DNA of 25,190 bases from a virus (IMGVR_UViG_3300006930_000026:1-25190); one strand, 5' to 3'. Positions 17,574-24,280 are shown, counted from the first letter of the stretch. Numbers and translations: made by a program. Notes: a model not told the origin generated them from the letters alone.

Positions 17574-18036
17574 TTTTTTTGAATTGATTATTACCATTAG
17601 GGTTAAATACTTCACTCATCTTGATTAACTCTATAAGTTCAAGATTATTAATATCGTTATCAGTTTTTATTCCGTTCTTATGATGAATTACATATCCACT
17701 AGGAATATGTCCTTTATTTTTTATCCATACATATTTTTGCATTGTCATTCTTCCTTGATTTGGAACTGTGCCTCTTAAATATCCTCCTTTCATTATTGTA
17801 AATTTTATTCCATCTAACTCTATTAATCCACTTAACTTCTTAGTCCTTAATTCATAACCCCTAGATTTAAATAAATCATATACTGCTTGTCTTGATATTC
17901 TATAAAGTTTACCTATTTTTTGAAGAGAGTAACCATTTTTATATAAATCATACATTGCACTAATTTTGAGATTATTTTTTCTGTTAGGATGTTTATTGAA
18001 TCTAATCTCATATCCAGTGATAAAATCTATTTTCAT
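17551..18036 (-). CDS. HNH endonuclease with N-terminal HTH (homing-type)
   Basis: GYSLQKIG...SRQAVY HTH; IHHKNGIKTDNDINNL HNH_3-type motif. Confidence 0.85.
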   Translation of the reverse strand: MKIDFITGYEIRFNKHPNRKNNLKISAMYDLYKNGYSLQKIGKLYRISRQAVYDLFKSRGYELRTKKLSGLIELDGIKFTIMKGGYLRGTVPNQGRMTMQKYVWIKNKGHIPSGYVIHHKNGIKTDNDINNLELIELIKMSEVFNPNGNNQFKKNDKTKII

Positions 18037-18097
18037 TTTCTTATTAATTATTACCTAATAATACTGAAGTCTCATGAATATTTTTAAGTTGCTATTT

Positions 18098-18526
18098 TTA
18101 TTCTGGATTATGTCTATTCATTCTCTCTAAATTTACTACCCAATTATACCAAGCGACAAAATCCATCGCTTCCTTTTTTTTATCAAGAGAAAATATCAAT
18201 CTTCTGTCTGACACCGTTCCATCTGCCATATTATTACTATCAAACTCATACTTGTAATAAGCCTTCTTTCCTTTCTTATCCTCAATGAAACTTTCCTTCC
18301 TTGATACCAATATTCCTTTGCATATTTTCATGCAAGTACATAAAAATGGTTTATCGATAAAATAGTATTCCTTGCCTAATTCTAGCATAGGTAACCTTCC
18401 CTTTATTGATGGCATCGGAGATCTGTTTATTCTCAATGATTCAAAATCTACTTGCACTGCTTCTCCTCTTTCTGTTGTATCATTCATATGAAAAATACAA
18501 TTTTTAAAATATTCTACGTCTTTCAT
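18098..18526 (-). CDS. Hypothetical protein
   Basis: 142 aa, ATGA overlap. Confidence 0.65.
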   Translation of the reverse strand: MKDVEYFKNCIFHMNDTTERGEAVQVDFESLRINRSPMPSIKGRLPMLELGKEYYFIDKPFLCTCMKICKGILVSRKESFIEDKKGKKAYYKYEFDSNNMADGTVSDRRLIFSLDKKKEAMDFVAWYNWVVNLERMNRHNPE

Positions 18527-18717
18527 CTTCTTATTACCTGCGGATCAATAAAGAACACATTAGCTTCTTTGTCGTCTTTATCGATAGCCAGTTTTAATTT
18601 TTTATTCTTTTTTTCCTGCTCGTATTGTTCTCTTGTTCCTTCGAATATATAAGTCGGGACTTCCCACTTATTGTCAGGATTAAACTCCTGCTTATTTTGG
18701 TTGAATATTACTGACAT
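18523..18717 (-). CDS. Hypothetical protein
   Basis: 64 aa, tight packing. Confidence 0.6.
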   Translation of the reverse strand: MSVIFNQNKQEFNPDNKWEVPTYIFEGTREQYEQEKKNKKLKLAIDKDDKEANVFFIDPQVIRR

Positions 18718-18719
18718 GA

Positions 18720-19118
18720 TTAATGTTGTTTTCTTGAATTTTTAAGAGCTTCTCTAGGAGTATTTCCCCATGCAATACGCATTTCCATTCTCTTAGGAAT
18801 CCTTAATACTCTAATCTTATTAATGTCTGGAATAAGTAATACTTTGCATTCAAATGCTTCTCCTAGTGCTTTGGCTTGTTCATTGGTAATCTGATCGTTT
18901 TGGATAACTAAATGGTATTCTCCGTTAATTCCTAATGTTTTAATACTCTCTACTTCCATTCTTGCTATTCTTACTTCTTTGGCGAGTGTACTTTTTATTG
19001 CTTCTTTTAATTTAGCATTCCACCCACACTCTCTATTAAAAATAATATCAGTAACTTTTAATTCTAATTCTTCTGATACTCTGTCTAATCTCTTATCCAA
19101 GCTCTGTTGGTCTTCCAT
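18720..19118 (-). CDS. Hypothetical protein
   Basis: 132 aa, tight packing. Confidence 0.65.
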   Translation of the reverse strand: MEDQQSLDKRLDRVSEELELKVTDIIFNRECGWNAKLKEAIKSTLAKEVRIARMEVESIKTLGINGEYHLVIQNDQITNEQAKALGEAFECKVLLIPDINKIRVLRIPKRMEMRIAWGNTPREALKNSRKQH

Positions 19119-19123
19119 AGTTT

Positions 19124-19498
19124 TTATTTTAACCCATTAATTATAATCTTTTTATAAAATCCGGTATCATACTTCGCATACTCCTCTCCAAATAATACCC
19201 ATATCCCGAAATCGTTGCATTGTAACTCTTCGAACTCGCTCCATTCCTGATAAGGTCTTATGATAGCGTGGCATATCTCGTGAAGTACGGTTAGCTTCTC
19301 GTCAAATTCTGTTGTCCTGTCAGTATCTACGAATATCTGTTTGGTGTCTTCGTGTAAGCAACCGAATGAGCCGACTGGACAATGATTGAGGTATTGAGTT
19401 GTTGGTAGTCTTTGGATTGTTATATCGCTCATTATACTGGCTTGAGTTGGTGCGATCAAAAATAATGATAGTGCGATTGTTAATATTAGTTTTTTCAT
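19124..19498 (-). CDS. Exported HExxH zinc metallopeptidase-like protein (ImmA/IrrE-like core)
   Basis: Signal peptide MKKLILTIALSLFLIAPTQA; TVLHEICHA followed by EELQCNDF. Confidence 0.7.
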   Translation of the reverse strand: MKKLILTIALSLFLIAPTQASIMSDITIQRLPTTQYLNHCPVGSFGCLHEDTKQIFVDTDRTTEFDEKLTVLHEICHAIIRPYQEWSEFEELQCNDFGIWVLFGEEYAKYDTGFYKKIIINGLK

Positions 19499-19767
19499 AT
19501 CTCTATTCCTTTTAACTTTGCCTTATTAATTATCTCTTGGCGACACCCATTAAAATAAATAACCTTATTATTTTCTCCAAATGTATAATCTCCATCTGAG
19601 TTTGATACAAATTTTCTCTCGGCTGGCAACACCTCCCTTAGGAAGTCTTGTTTAACCTCTTTTTCAAACTCATTAACCATTACTGTCATAACATCTGTAT
19701 TTTCTACACTGTCTATGATTAATTTTCTTAGTTCTTCTTTGTTCATAAGTTTATTGTTGATTATCAA
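19495..19767 (-). CDS. Hypothetical protein
   Basis: About 83-90 aa, coupled overlap. Confidence 0.6.
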   Translation of the reverse strand: MIINNKLMNKEELRKLIIDSVENTDVMTVMVNEFEKEVKQDFLREVLPAERKFVSNSDGDYTFGENNKVIYFNGCRQEIINKAKLKGIEI

Positions 19768-19948
19768 AAGTTACCCTTGCAAAATTAAACATTCTTATCG
19801 TTTCTTTTTCTCTAATAATATCATAATACCATTTATCTCCCTCCCATTCCGAGAAATGCTCTATTATTTCTATTACTCCATACTCTCCAACGGTATATGT
19901 ATTATCCATTCCGTGGTCGTCTATGTATGTTAATGATTTTATTTTCAT
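19751..19948 (-). CDS. Small acidic beta-rich hypothetical protein
   Basis: YTVGEYGVIEIIEH...EGDKWYYDI. Confidence 0.65.
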   Translation of the reverse strand: MKIKSLTYIDDHGMDNTYTVGEYGVIEIIEHFSEWEGDKWYYDIIREKETIRMFNFARVTFDNQQ

Positions 19949-19961
19949 TGTAGTATGTTAT

Positions 19962-20138
19962 TTAATTCCTTATTCTTAGAATAAATTTAATCAATTTTAA
20001 TATCCAATTATCTTTACAGACAATAAAAGTGTTTCTTTCAATAGTGGAATTACTTTGACATTTTCCTATTGAATCATTCCAGAAATTTATAAGATCTTCT
20101 TCTGTTTCGAATATAAATAGTGAATTTTTTAATTCCAT
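19962..20138 (-). CDS. Hypothetical protein, 58 aa (below ORF-track cutoff)
   Basis: MELKNSLFIFETEEDLINFWNDS...LRIRN fills the gap between neighbours. Confidence 0.55.
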   Translation of the reverse strand: MELKNSLFIFETEEDLINFWNDSIGKCQSNSTIERNTFIVCKDNWILKLIKFILRIRN

Positions 20139-20153
20139 ATTATTGTAGTAATA

Positions 20154-20594
20154 TTAACTTAATAATGTTAACAGCTTATTAATTGTGTCCTCACTCTGGT
20201 CAGAGAGGGGTGTGTTTGGTAGCCAATTAATTATTATGTCTTCTAATTGAGGATTCATTCCAGCCTTTTTTAGACATATGCCATCTCCCCAAAATTCTAA
20301 TAATTTCTTGTTCCAAGCCACCAAACAATCTTCAAGATTAATATCACGACCTAGGATATCCCACCATATATCATTAGTAGTATTCTGCTTAATTTTATTA
20401 TCCTTAAAAGTATCGCTATAAAAAACACTACATTTAGTATAAAAAACTTTTACGCTACCATTTCCTGTTCCTCTTTCGTCGTTTATTACCTGTATTCCTT
20501 TTTCGCTATTATATATTCTACACCCAAATTTCAACTCCATTATCTCTGGCACTGCCTCCACAATTAATGTGGTCAGCTTTTGTAGGTTAGTCAT
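20154..20594 (-). CDS. Conserved phage hypothetical protein
   Basis: AVPEIMELKFGC...ILGRDINLEDCL...LSDQSEDTI pattern. Confidence 0.7.
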   Translation of the reverse strand: MTNLQKLTTLIVEAVPEIMELKFGCRIYNSEKGIQVINDERGTGNGSVKVFYTKCSVFYSDTFKDNKIKQNTTNDIWWDILGRDINLEDCLVAWNKKLLEFWGDGICLKKAGMNPQLEDIIINWLPNTPLSDQSEDTINKLLTLLS

Positions 20595-20778
20595 TTTTAA
20601 TAATTTCTGAATAAATCCAGAATCTTTTAAATCCAGATTGTTCTTTAACCTCTATATTTATTATTCTTTCATTATTTGGTATAAATTCTTTTATGGTATC
20701 TTCTAGAATTGAATGTATTTCATCAAAATCATTTCTCATCCAACTTTCACTCATTGTTAATTTTATTTCTCTAGTCAT
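20587..20778 (-). CDS. Hypothetical protein
   Basis: 63 aa, A-rich start context. Confidence 0.6.
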   Translation of the reverse strand: MTREIKLTMSESWMRNDFDEIHSILEDTIKEFIPNNERIINIEVKEQSGFKRFWIYSEIIKND

Positions 20779-20790
20779 TGTTTTTGTTTA

Positions 20791-21093
20791 TTATTTTAAT
20801 AAAGTTTCTAATGCAATCTTTATTGATGTTTCACTTTCTATTTCTTCTCTTGGAGTAAATCCTCCTCCTAAATCTTGACCTCTCTCTGATGCTTCAATAC
20901 AAACTTCTGCAATTTCAATCCTTTGCTTTAGTATATCCCTCCACTCCTTATCTTTTTCCTCTCTTGCCTTTTGGATTTCTTGGTAGATGAAGCTTTTTAT
21001 ATGAGGTATTGGTGCTATGGTATAATCTCCGATATCTGTTGGTCTAAACCTTCCATCAAATCTCTCCTCCCAAGTTTCTTTTTCTTGTGTCAT
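20791..21093 (-). CDS. Hypothetical protein
   Basis: WEERFD...IKSFI...AREE pattern; 100 aa. Confidence 0.65.
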   Translation of the reverse strand: MTQEKETWEERFDGRFRPTDIGDYTIAPIPHIKSFIYQEIQKAREEKDKEWRDILKQRIEIAEVCIEASERGQDLGGGFTPREEIESETSIKIALETLLK

Positions 21094-21097
21094 TTTC

Positions 21098-21373
21098 TTA
21101 AACCTTAATTACTTCTAATTCTTTCCCCAGGATCTTCGTTTTATAAGTTTTGTTTCCTCCTGGAACTATTTTTTCATCTATGGCCAGCGAGCCTTCGACA
21201 AATATGTTGTCTCCTACTTTTATCTTCCTGGCTCTATCGAGCAGCGATCCTCTGAACTCTGCTTGTATTCTTATCTCGTAACCTCCTACCGCCTTGATGT
21301 GTATCTTTACTTTACCGTCTCGCTCCTCTGTGTAGAATACATCTCCAGCGAATTCTATCCTGTTCTTATACAT
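21098..21373 (-). CDS. ssb: SSB/PriB-like OB-fold single-stranded DNA-binding protein
   Basis: NRIEFAG, IKVGDNIFVEGSL, YKTKILGKEL; start at MYKN. Confidence 0.65.
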   Translation of the reverse strand: MYKNRIEFAGDVFYTEERDGKVKIHIKAVGGYEIRIQAEFRGSLLDRARKIKVGDNIFVEGSLAIDEKIVPGGNKTYKTKILGKELEVIKV

Positions 21374-21560
21374 ACTTCCTGATAATGGCATATGCTCGCT
21401 GTATGTCCCTTATGTCATCGCTTATTAATGCAAACCCATTGGTGAATCCTACAAAATTTGATTCTCCATTCTTCTTCATGTCCATTATCTTATTTTCTAT
21501 ATAATGATACATTGTTATGCTATTAAATTCTTCTTTTAATATTGTTATCCTTATTTCCAT
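21366..21560 (-). CDS. Hypothetical protein
   Basis: 64 aa, tight packing. Confidence 0.55.
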   Translation of the reverse strand: MEIRITILKEEFNSITMYHYIENKIMDMKKNGESNFVGFTNGFALISDDIRDIQRAYAIIRKYV

Positions 21561-21561
21561 G

Positions 21562-21783
21562 TTAATTGAATAATCTTGATAATAATTCTTCTTGCTTCTT
21601 GCAGCCTTCTTCTAAGTCAGCAGGCTTGATTGTATGCAATATTTCTCTGATGGATTTTTTAGTTTCCTCTCTCCACTTATTCAATTCATTATTGCAATCG
21701 CAATCATGTCTTGGTCCTACGCAATATTTTTTCTTATGATTAGCAGGAAGTAGTCTCCCGCACTTGATACAATGTTTTTCCAT
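21562..21783 (-). CDS. Small zinc-finger protein
   Basis: CIKCG...KYC...CDC. Confidence 0.65.
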   Translation of the reverse strand: MEKHCIKCGRLLPANHKKKYCVGPRHDCDCNNELNKWREETKKSIREILHTIKPADLEEGCKKQEELLSRLFN

Positions 21784-21784
21784 A

Positions 21785-22006
21785 TTAATTAATATTACCC
21801 TTATAATATCCTTCTAGCTTTTCTCCCTTTCTCTTGAAAGCAGGTTCTTCGATACTTTCTTCTTGACATTCTTTGATGACATTCCTTAATTCATTAAGTG
21901 TTTTTGAAATCATGAGTGACGTTTTTTTCTTTTCGCTTTTTACTCCTAGATCATAGGATATCATTCCAGTTATTATCGCTATTAATATTGTTGTTAAGAT
22001 TTCCAT
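21785..22006 (-). CDS. Single-pass membrane protein
   Basis: N-terminal hydrophobic helix. Confidence 0.6.
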   Translation of the reverse strand: MEILTTILIAIITGMISYDLGVKSEKKKTSLMISKTLNELRNVIKECQEESIEEPAFKRKGEKLEGYYKGNIN

Positions 22007-22012
22007 AATTTT

Positions 22013-22141
22013 TTATTTTATTACTTCACCACTGAACGGTGTCCCACAACTATGCTCATTGTCCGAGCATGGATTCATGGGGTTACTTATTATGATTGCT
22101 AGTATTACAGCCACTAGCAAGGCTATTATAAATTTGCTCAT
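22013..22141 (-). CDS. 42-aa membrane-anchored peptide
   Basis: MSKFIIALLVAVILAIIISNPMNPCSDNEHSCGTPFSGEVIK. Confidence 0.55.
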   Translation of the reverse strand: MSKFIIALLVAVILAIIISNPMNPCSDNEHSCGTPFSGEVIK

Positions 22142-22153
22142 AGGTTTATGTTA

Positions 22154-22213
22154 TTATCTTTCCCCCATCTGCGGATGAGTATCTTCCTCGTCTCTGTCTT
22201 CGTCTTCCATCAT
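22154..22213 (-). CDS. 19-aa acidic peptide (tentative)
   Basis: MMEDEDRDEEDTHPQMGER, starts 4 nt after upstream stop, ends TAATAA. Confidence 0.4.
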   Translation of the reverse strand: MMEDEDRDEEDTHPQMGER

Positions 22214-22217
22214 GGTA

Positions 22218-22415
22218 TTATATTGCGAATAATCCATTATGAGGAATAAACTCATATCTCTTTCCATTAGCACTTTCTAATGTGTAAATATCTGGTAATC
22301 TATCTTTTTCTGAATTTATTGCTATTATCTTCAATCCTCTCATAAACCCTATATTTACTATTGATCCTATGTTCCAATCTTTATTTTTATTCAAGCAATT
22401 ATTTTGACTAATCAT
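22218..22415 (-). CDS. First early gene; small beta-rich hypothetical protein
   Basis: DWNIGSIVNIGF...PDIYTL...YEFIPHNGL. Confidence 0.7.
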   Translation of the reverse strand: MISQNNCLNKNKDWNIGSIVNIGFMRGLKIIAINSEKDRLPDIYTLESANGKRYEFIPHNGLFAI

Positions 22416-22432
22416 GGTTTTATTCTTTAATC

Positions 22433-22534
22433 GGAGGAAGCCAGACTTTGATGTTAGACTTCCTCCTGTTTTTTATTTACCAGGGAGTGGATTGAAGTTA
22501 TTTTCATAACTTAGTACACCACCATCTCCCTCGT
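22433..22534 (-). ncRNA. Structured 5' leader of early transcript
   Basis: Three helices: AGGGAG(A)TGG/CCACTCCCT, AAGTTAT-GAAA-ATAACTT, GGAGGAAGTC/GGCTTCCTCC. Confidence 0.55.
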
Positions 22535-22540
22535 GTTTTA

Positions 22541-22569
22541 ATCTTACTCTATCTTACAGAATTTGTCAA
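22541..22569 (-). promoter_or_regulatory. Sigma70 early promoter
   Basis: TTGACA (22569-22564), 17 nt, TAAGAT (22546-22541). Confidence 0.75.
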
Positions 22570-22593
22570 ATATAATTTTGTCCCCAGCTTCAG

Positions 22594-22632
22594 CTCTGTT
22601 GTATTCTATGTAGTAATCTATGTACATATATA
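22594..22632. repeat. AT-rich short repeats, candidate DNA unwinding element
   Basis: Minus strand TATATATGT-ACATAGATT-ACT-ACATAGAAT-ACA-ACAGAG. Confidence 0.5.
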
Positions 22633-22701
22633 GGTTGGGCGGAAACGTACCAACTGGTTGGGCGGAAACGTACCAACTGGTTGGGCGGAAACGTACCAAC
22701 T
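22633..22701. repeat. Three perfect tandem 23-bp repeats (candidate iterons)
   Basis: GGTTGGGCGGAAACGTACCAACT x3, each an imperfect palindrome (GTTGG...CCAAC). Confidence 0.92.
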
Positions 22702-22742
22702 GTATCCACAGATATCCACCATCAATCCACACCTTTTCCACA
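22702..22742 (+). promoter_or_regulatory. Four phased DnaA-box-like 9-mers
   Basis: GTATCCACA 22702, ATATCCACC 22712, CAATCCACA 22723, TTTTCCACA 22734 (last fits TTWTNCACA); spacing 10, 11, 11 bp. Confidence 0.6.
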
Positions 22743-22744
22743 AC

Positions 22745-22766
22745 AAAAATCCCCCGAGCGGGGGAT
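22745..22766 (-). terminator. Intrinsic terminator
   Basis: ATCCCCC-GCTC-GGGGGAT then TTTTGTTG on the minus strand. Confidence 0.85.
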
Positions 22767-22807
22767 AAATGGCCGGCAAAGTAAAGAATAACCAAGAAAC
22801 TCTGCCT
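22745..22807 (-). ncRNA. Candidate small RNA of about 63 nt
   Basis: Own promoter, 5' hairpin GGCAGAGT/ACTTTGCC with 16-nt pyrimidine-rich loop, then terminator; no ORF within. Confidence 0.6.
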
Positions 22808-22812
22808 ATCTA

Positions 22813-22841
22813 ATTCTAACATAAAAAGAAGGGCGTATCAA
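22813..22841 (-). promoter_or_regulatory. Sigma70 promoter for the small RNA
   Basis: TTGATA (22841-22836), 17 nt, TAGAAT (22818-22813) with extended TG. Confidence 0.65.
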
Positions 22842-22848
22842 TTGCCCT
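22823..22848 (-). terminator. Weak intrinsic terminator after HNH cassette
   Basis: AGGGC-AATTGATAC-GCCCT followed by TCTTTTT. Confidence 0.45.
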
Positions 22849-23008
22849 AATCACTCCAGATGACCCTGTCCCAGTATGGACTTTGTCCCATATAACCTTG
22901 TCTCATGCTTGATTCCATTGCTTTGATATGTGTCCGGATTTTCTGGATTATCCGTTCCATTTTCTCAAGTTCTGCGTCCATTTTTTCTTGTATTTCTTCC
23001 TGATTCAT
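22847..23008 (-). CDS. 53-aa helical protein overlapping HNH gene end (below ORF-track cutoff)
   Basis: MNQEEIQEKMDAELEKMERIIQKIRTHIKAMESSMRQGYMGQSPYWDRVIWSD; GAGGA upstream. Confidence 0.5.
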   Translation of the reverse strand: MNQEEIQEKMDAELEKMERIIQKIRTHIKAMESSMRQGYMGQSPYWDRVIWSD

Positions 23009-23228
23009 TCTGATTCCTCATAAGTTCGTTCATTGCCTGTTTCCCTAGGTTTGGGTACTGCCTAAGGATTTCATTTTCTTTTCTCGATACGATAGCCTCT
23101 ACTTTATCATGGCATCTACGACAAAGCAGTATGATGTCATCATTCTCTCCCCATACAAATCTCTTGTGGACATGGTGGCGAGTCAATGAAGTCCATCGAT
23201 GGCAACAAGGACATTCTCCTGTTCTCAT
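22965..23228 (-). CDS. Minimal HNH endonuclease
   Basis: CPCC...LTRHHV...LLCRRCHDKV. Confidence 0.8.
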   Translation of the reverse strand: MRTGECPCCHRWTSLTRHHVHKRFVWGENDDIILLCRRCHDKVEAIVSRKENEILRQYPNLGKQAMNELMRNQNESGRNTRKNGRRT

Positions 23229-23251
23229 CTGATCACCAAGGTACTGGCTCT

Positions 23252-23260
23252 ATTATACCA
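23252..23260 (-). promoter_or_regulatory. Extended -10 promoter for HNH cassette
   Basis: TGGTATAAT about 23 nt upstream of HNH ATG. Confidence 0.55.
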
Positions 23261-23261
23261 C

Positions 23262-23289
23262 AAAACACAAAAAACAGGTAGCCCTGTTT
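23262..23289 (-). terminator. Intrinsic terminator of lysis/late operon
   Basis: AAACAGG-GCTA-CCTGTTT then TTTGTGTTTT. Confidence 0.6.
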
Positions 23290-23327
23290 GATGTGAATAA
23301 TAATAAATAAAATGCTCTTTTATAATA

Positions 23328-23513
23328 TCATTTGACATTAGTACTGTCAATACTCGCCTGTCCATCCTTTTTCCCGAAGTAATATGATACTACTATGAAA
23401 CATAAACTGATGAAGTCCTTCGAATCGGTTATTCCTTGATAGGTGAATACCAATAATCCCAATATCATGGCCAGAAGGACTAATTTTGTGACACTATTAA
23501 ATATTTGATTCAT
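23328..23513 (-). CDS. Probable holin (two TM helices)
   Basis: Two hydrophobic helices, IVVSYYFGKK, ATGA overlap with endolysin. Confidence 0.7.
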   Translation of the reverse strand: MNQIFNSVTKLVLLAMILGLLVFTYQGITDSKDFISLCFIVVSYYFGKKDGQASIDSTNVK

Positions 23514-24007
23514 AATCTATATCCTGTAAAATTTTGTATATAGCTTCCAATACTTGTCCCGTATGCATCGACCTTGTTCTCTCCTGCTTGCAGGAACTTC
23601 TTGACATTTCCTATTCCTCCTAAATGGGATCCTGCCACTAATCCGGATACATCGATGTATATCCCATTGATGTTTTTTCCCAGATAATCATATAGGTTCT
23701 TCTCGATGTATGATTTCAGGTTTTCTACATGCCATTTGAATACTTTGTCCTGAAGACAGGGATTGTTGAGGAATATTTCCTCCGAGTATCCGTTCATCCA
23801 TTTATATTTTCCTTCCACTTTCTCGACTATACCATAGTCGCATAGCCTGGCCATACCGAACTGCCATCTTCCTAAATAACCTAATGTATTCTTGATCAGG
23901 TAATTGTTTCCTGATTCCCGCTTGCCAAGATCATTCTTGAAGTCTTCGAAGTTCTTTTTAGATACAGCCCTTAGGATAGTCTTTAATAATTGTGTTCTTA
24001 TTTCCAT
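23510..24007 (-). CDS. Endolysin, lysozyme/lytic transglycosylase-like fold
   Basis: RESGNNY catalytic Glu motif, GYLGRWQFG, AGSHLGGIGNV, DAYGTS. Confidence 0.8.
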   Translation of the reverse strand: MEIRTQLLKTILRAVSKKNFEDFKNDLGKRESGNNYLIKNTLGYLGRWQFGMARLCDYGIVEKVEGKYKWMNGYSEEIFLNNPCLQDKVFKWHVENLKSYIEKNLYDYLGKNINGIYIDVSGLVAGSHLGGIGNVKKFLQAGENKVDAYGTSIGSYIQNFTGYRL

Positions 24008-24261
24008 ATTTTTGATATATCAATTCCTCCTAATAACCACATGAATATTCCAGTAATAAATGCTGATATAGCTCCAAGAATAGTTGCCTTTCCTTTGATT
24101 ATAGCATTTTCTTGTTCTAGACCGCATATCCGTTTATCGTGTTGAGTAAACATTATCCTATCTTGTTCGAATTTTTTCTCATTACTGTCTTGGACAGATT
24201 TTATCCTTTCATCTATCCTGGCTAACATTACGAATATTTCTCTTTCTTCTTTCTCTGTCAT
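23998..24261 (-). CDS. Holin-associated / XhlA-like membrane protein
   Basis: LARIDER coiled coil, HDKRI-x-LE, C-terminal TM helix; upstream of endolysin. Confidence 0.65.
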   Translation of the reverse strand: MTEKEEREIFVMLARIDERIKSVQDSNEKKFEQDRIMFTQHDKRICGLEQENAIIKGKATILGAISAFITGIFMWLLGGIDISKIWK

Positions 24262-24280
24262 GTTCGGATTATTAGATTTA

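Noticed and set aside
22633-22701. 23-bp repeats as a CRISPR array
   Set aside because: Repeats are directly contiguous with no spacers and there are no cas genes; the PD-(D/E)XK nuclease lacks Cas4 cysteines
22633-22701. Repeats as a plus-strand RNA of GAAA-tetraloop hairpins (ToxI mimic or RNA anti-CRISPR)
   Set aside because: Each unit can fold, but no convincing plus-strand promoter (TATAAT at 22571 lacks a -35) and flanking DnaA boxes favour DNA iterons; not fully excluded
22544-22822. 92-aa ORF in the track
   Set aside because: Runs across a promoter, terminator, non-triplet 23-bp repeats and the early promoter; likely not translated
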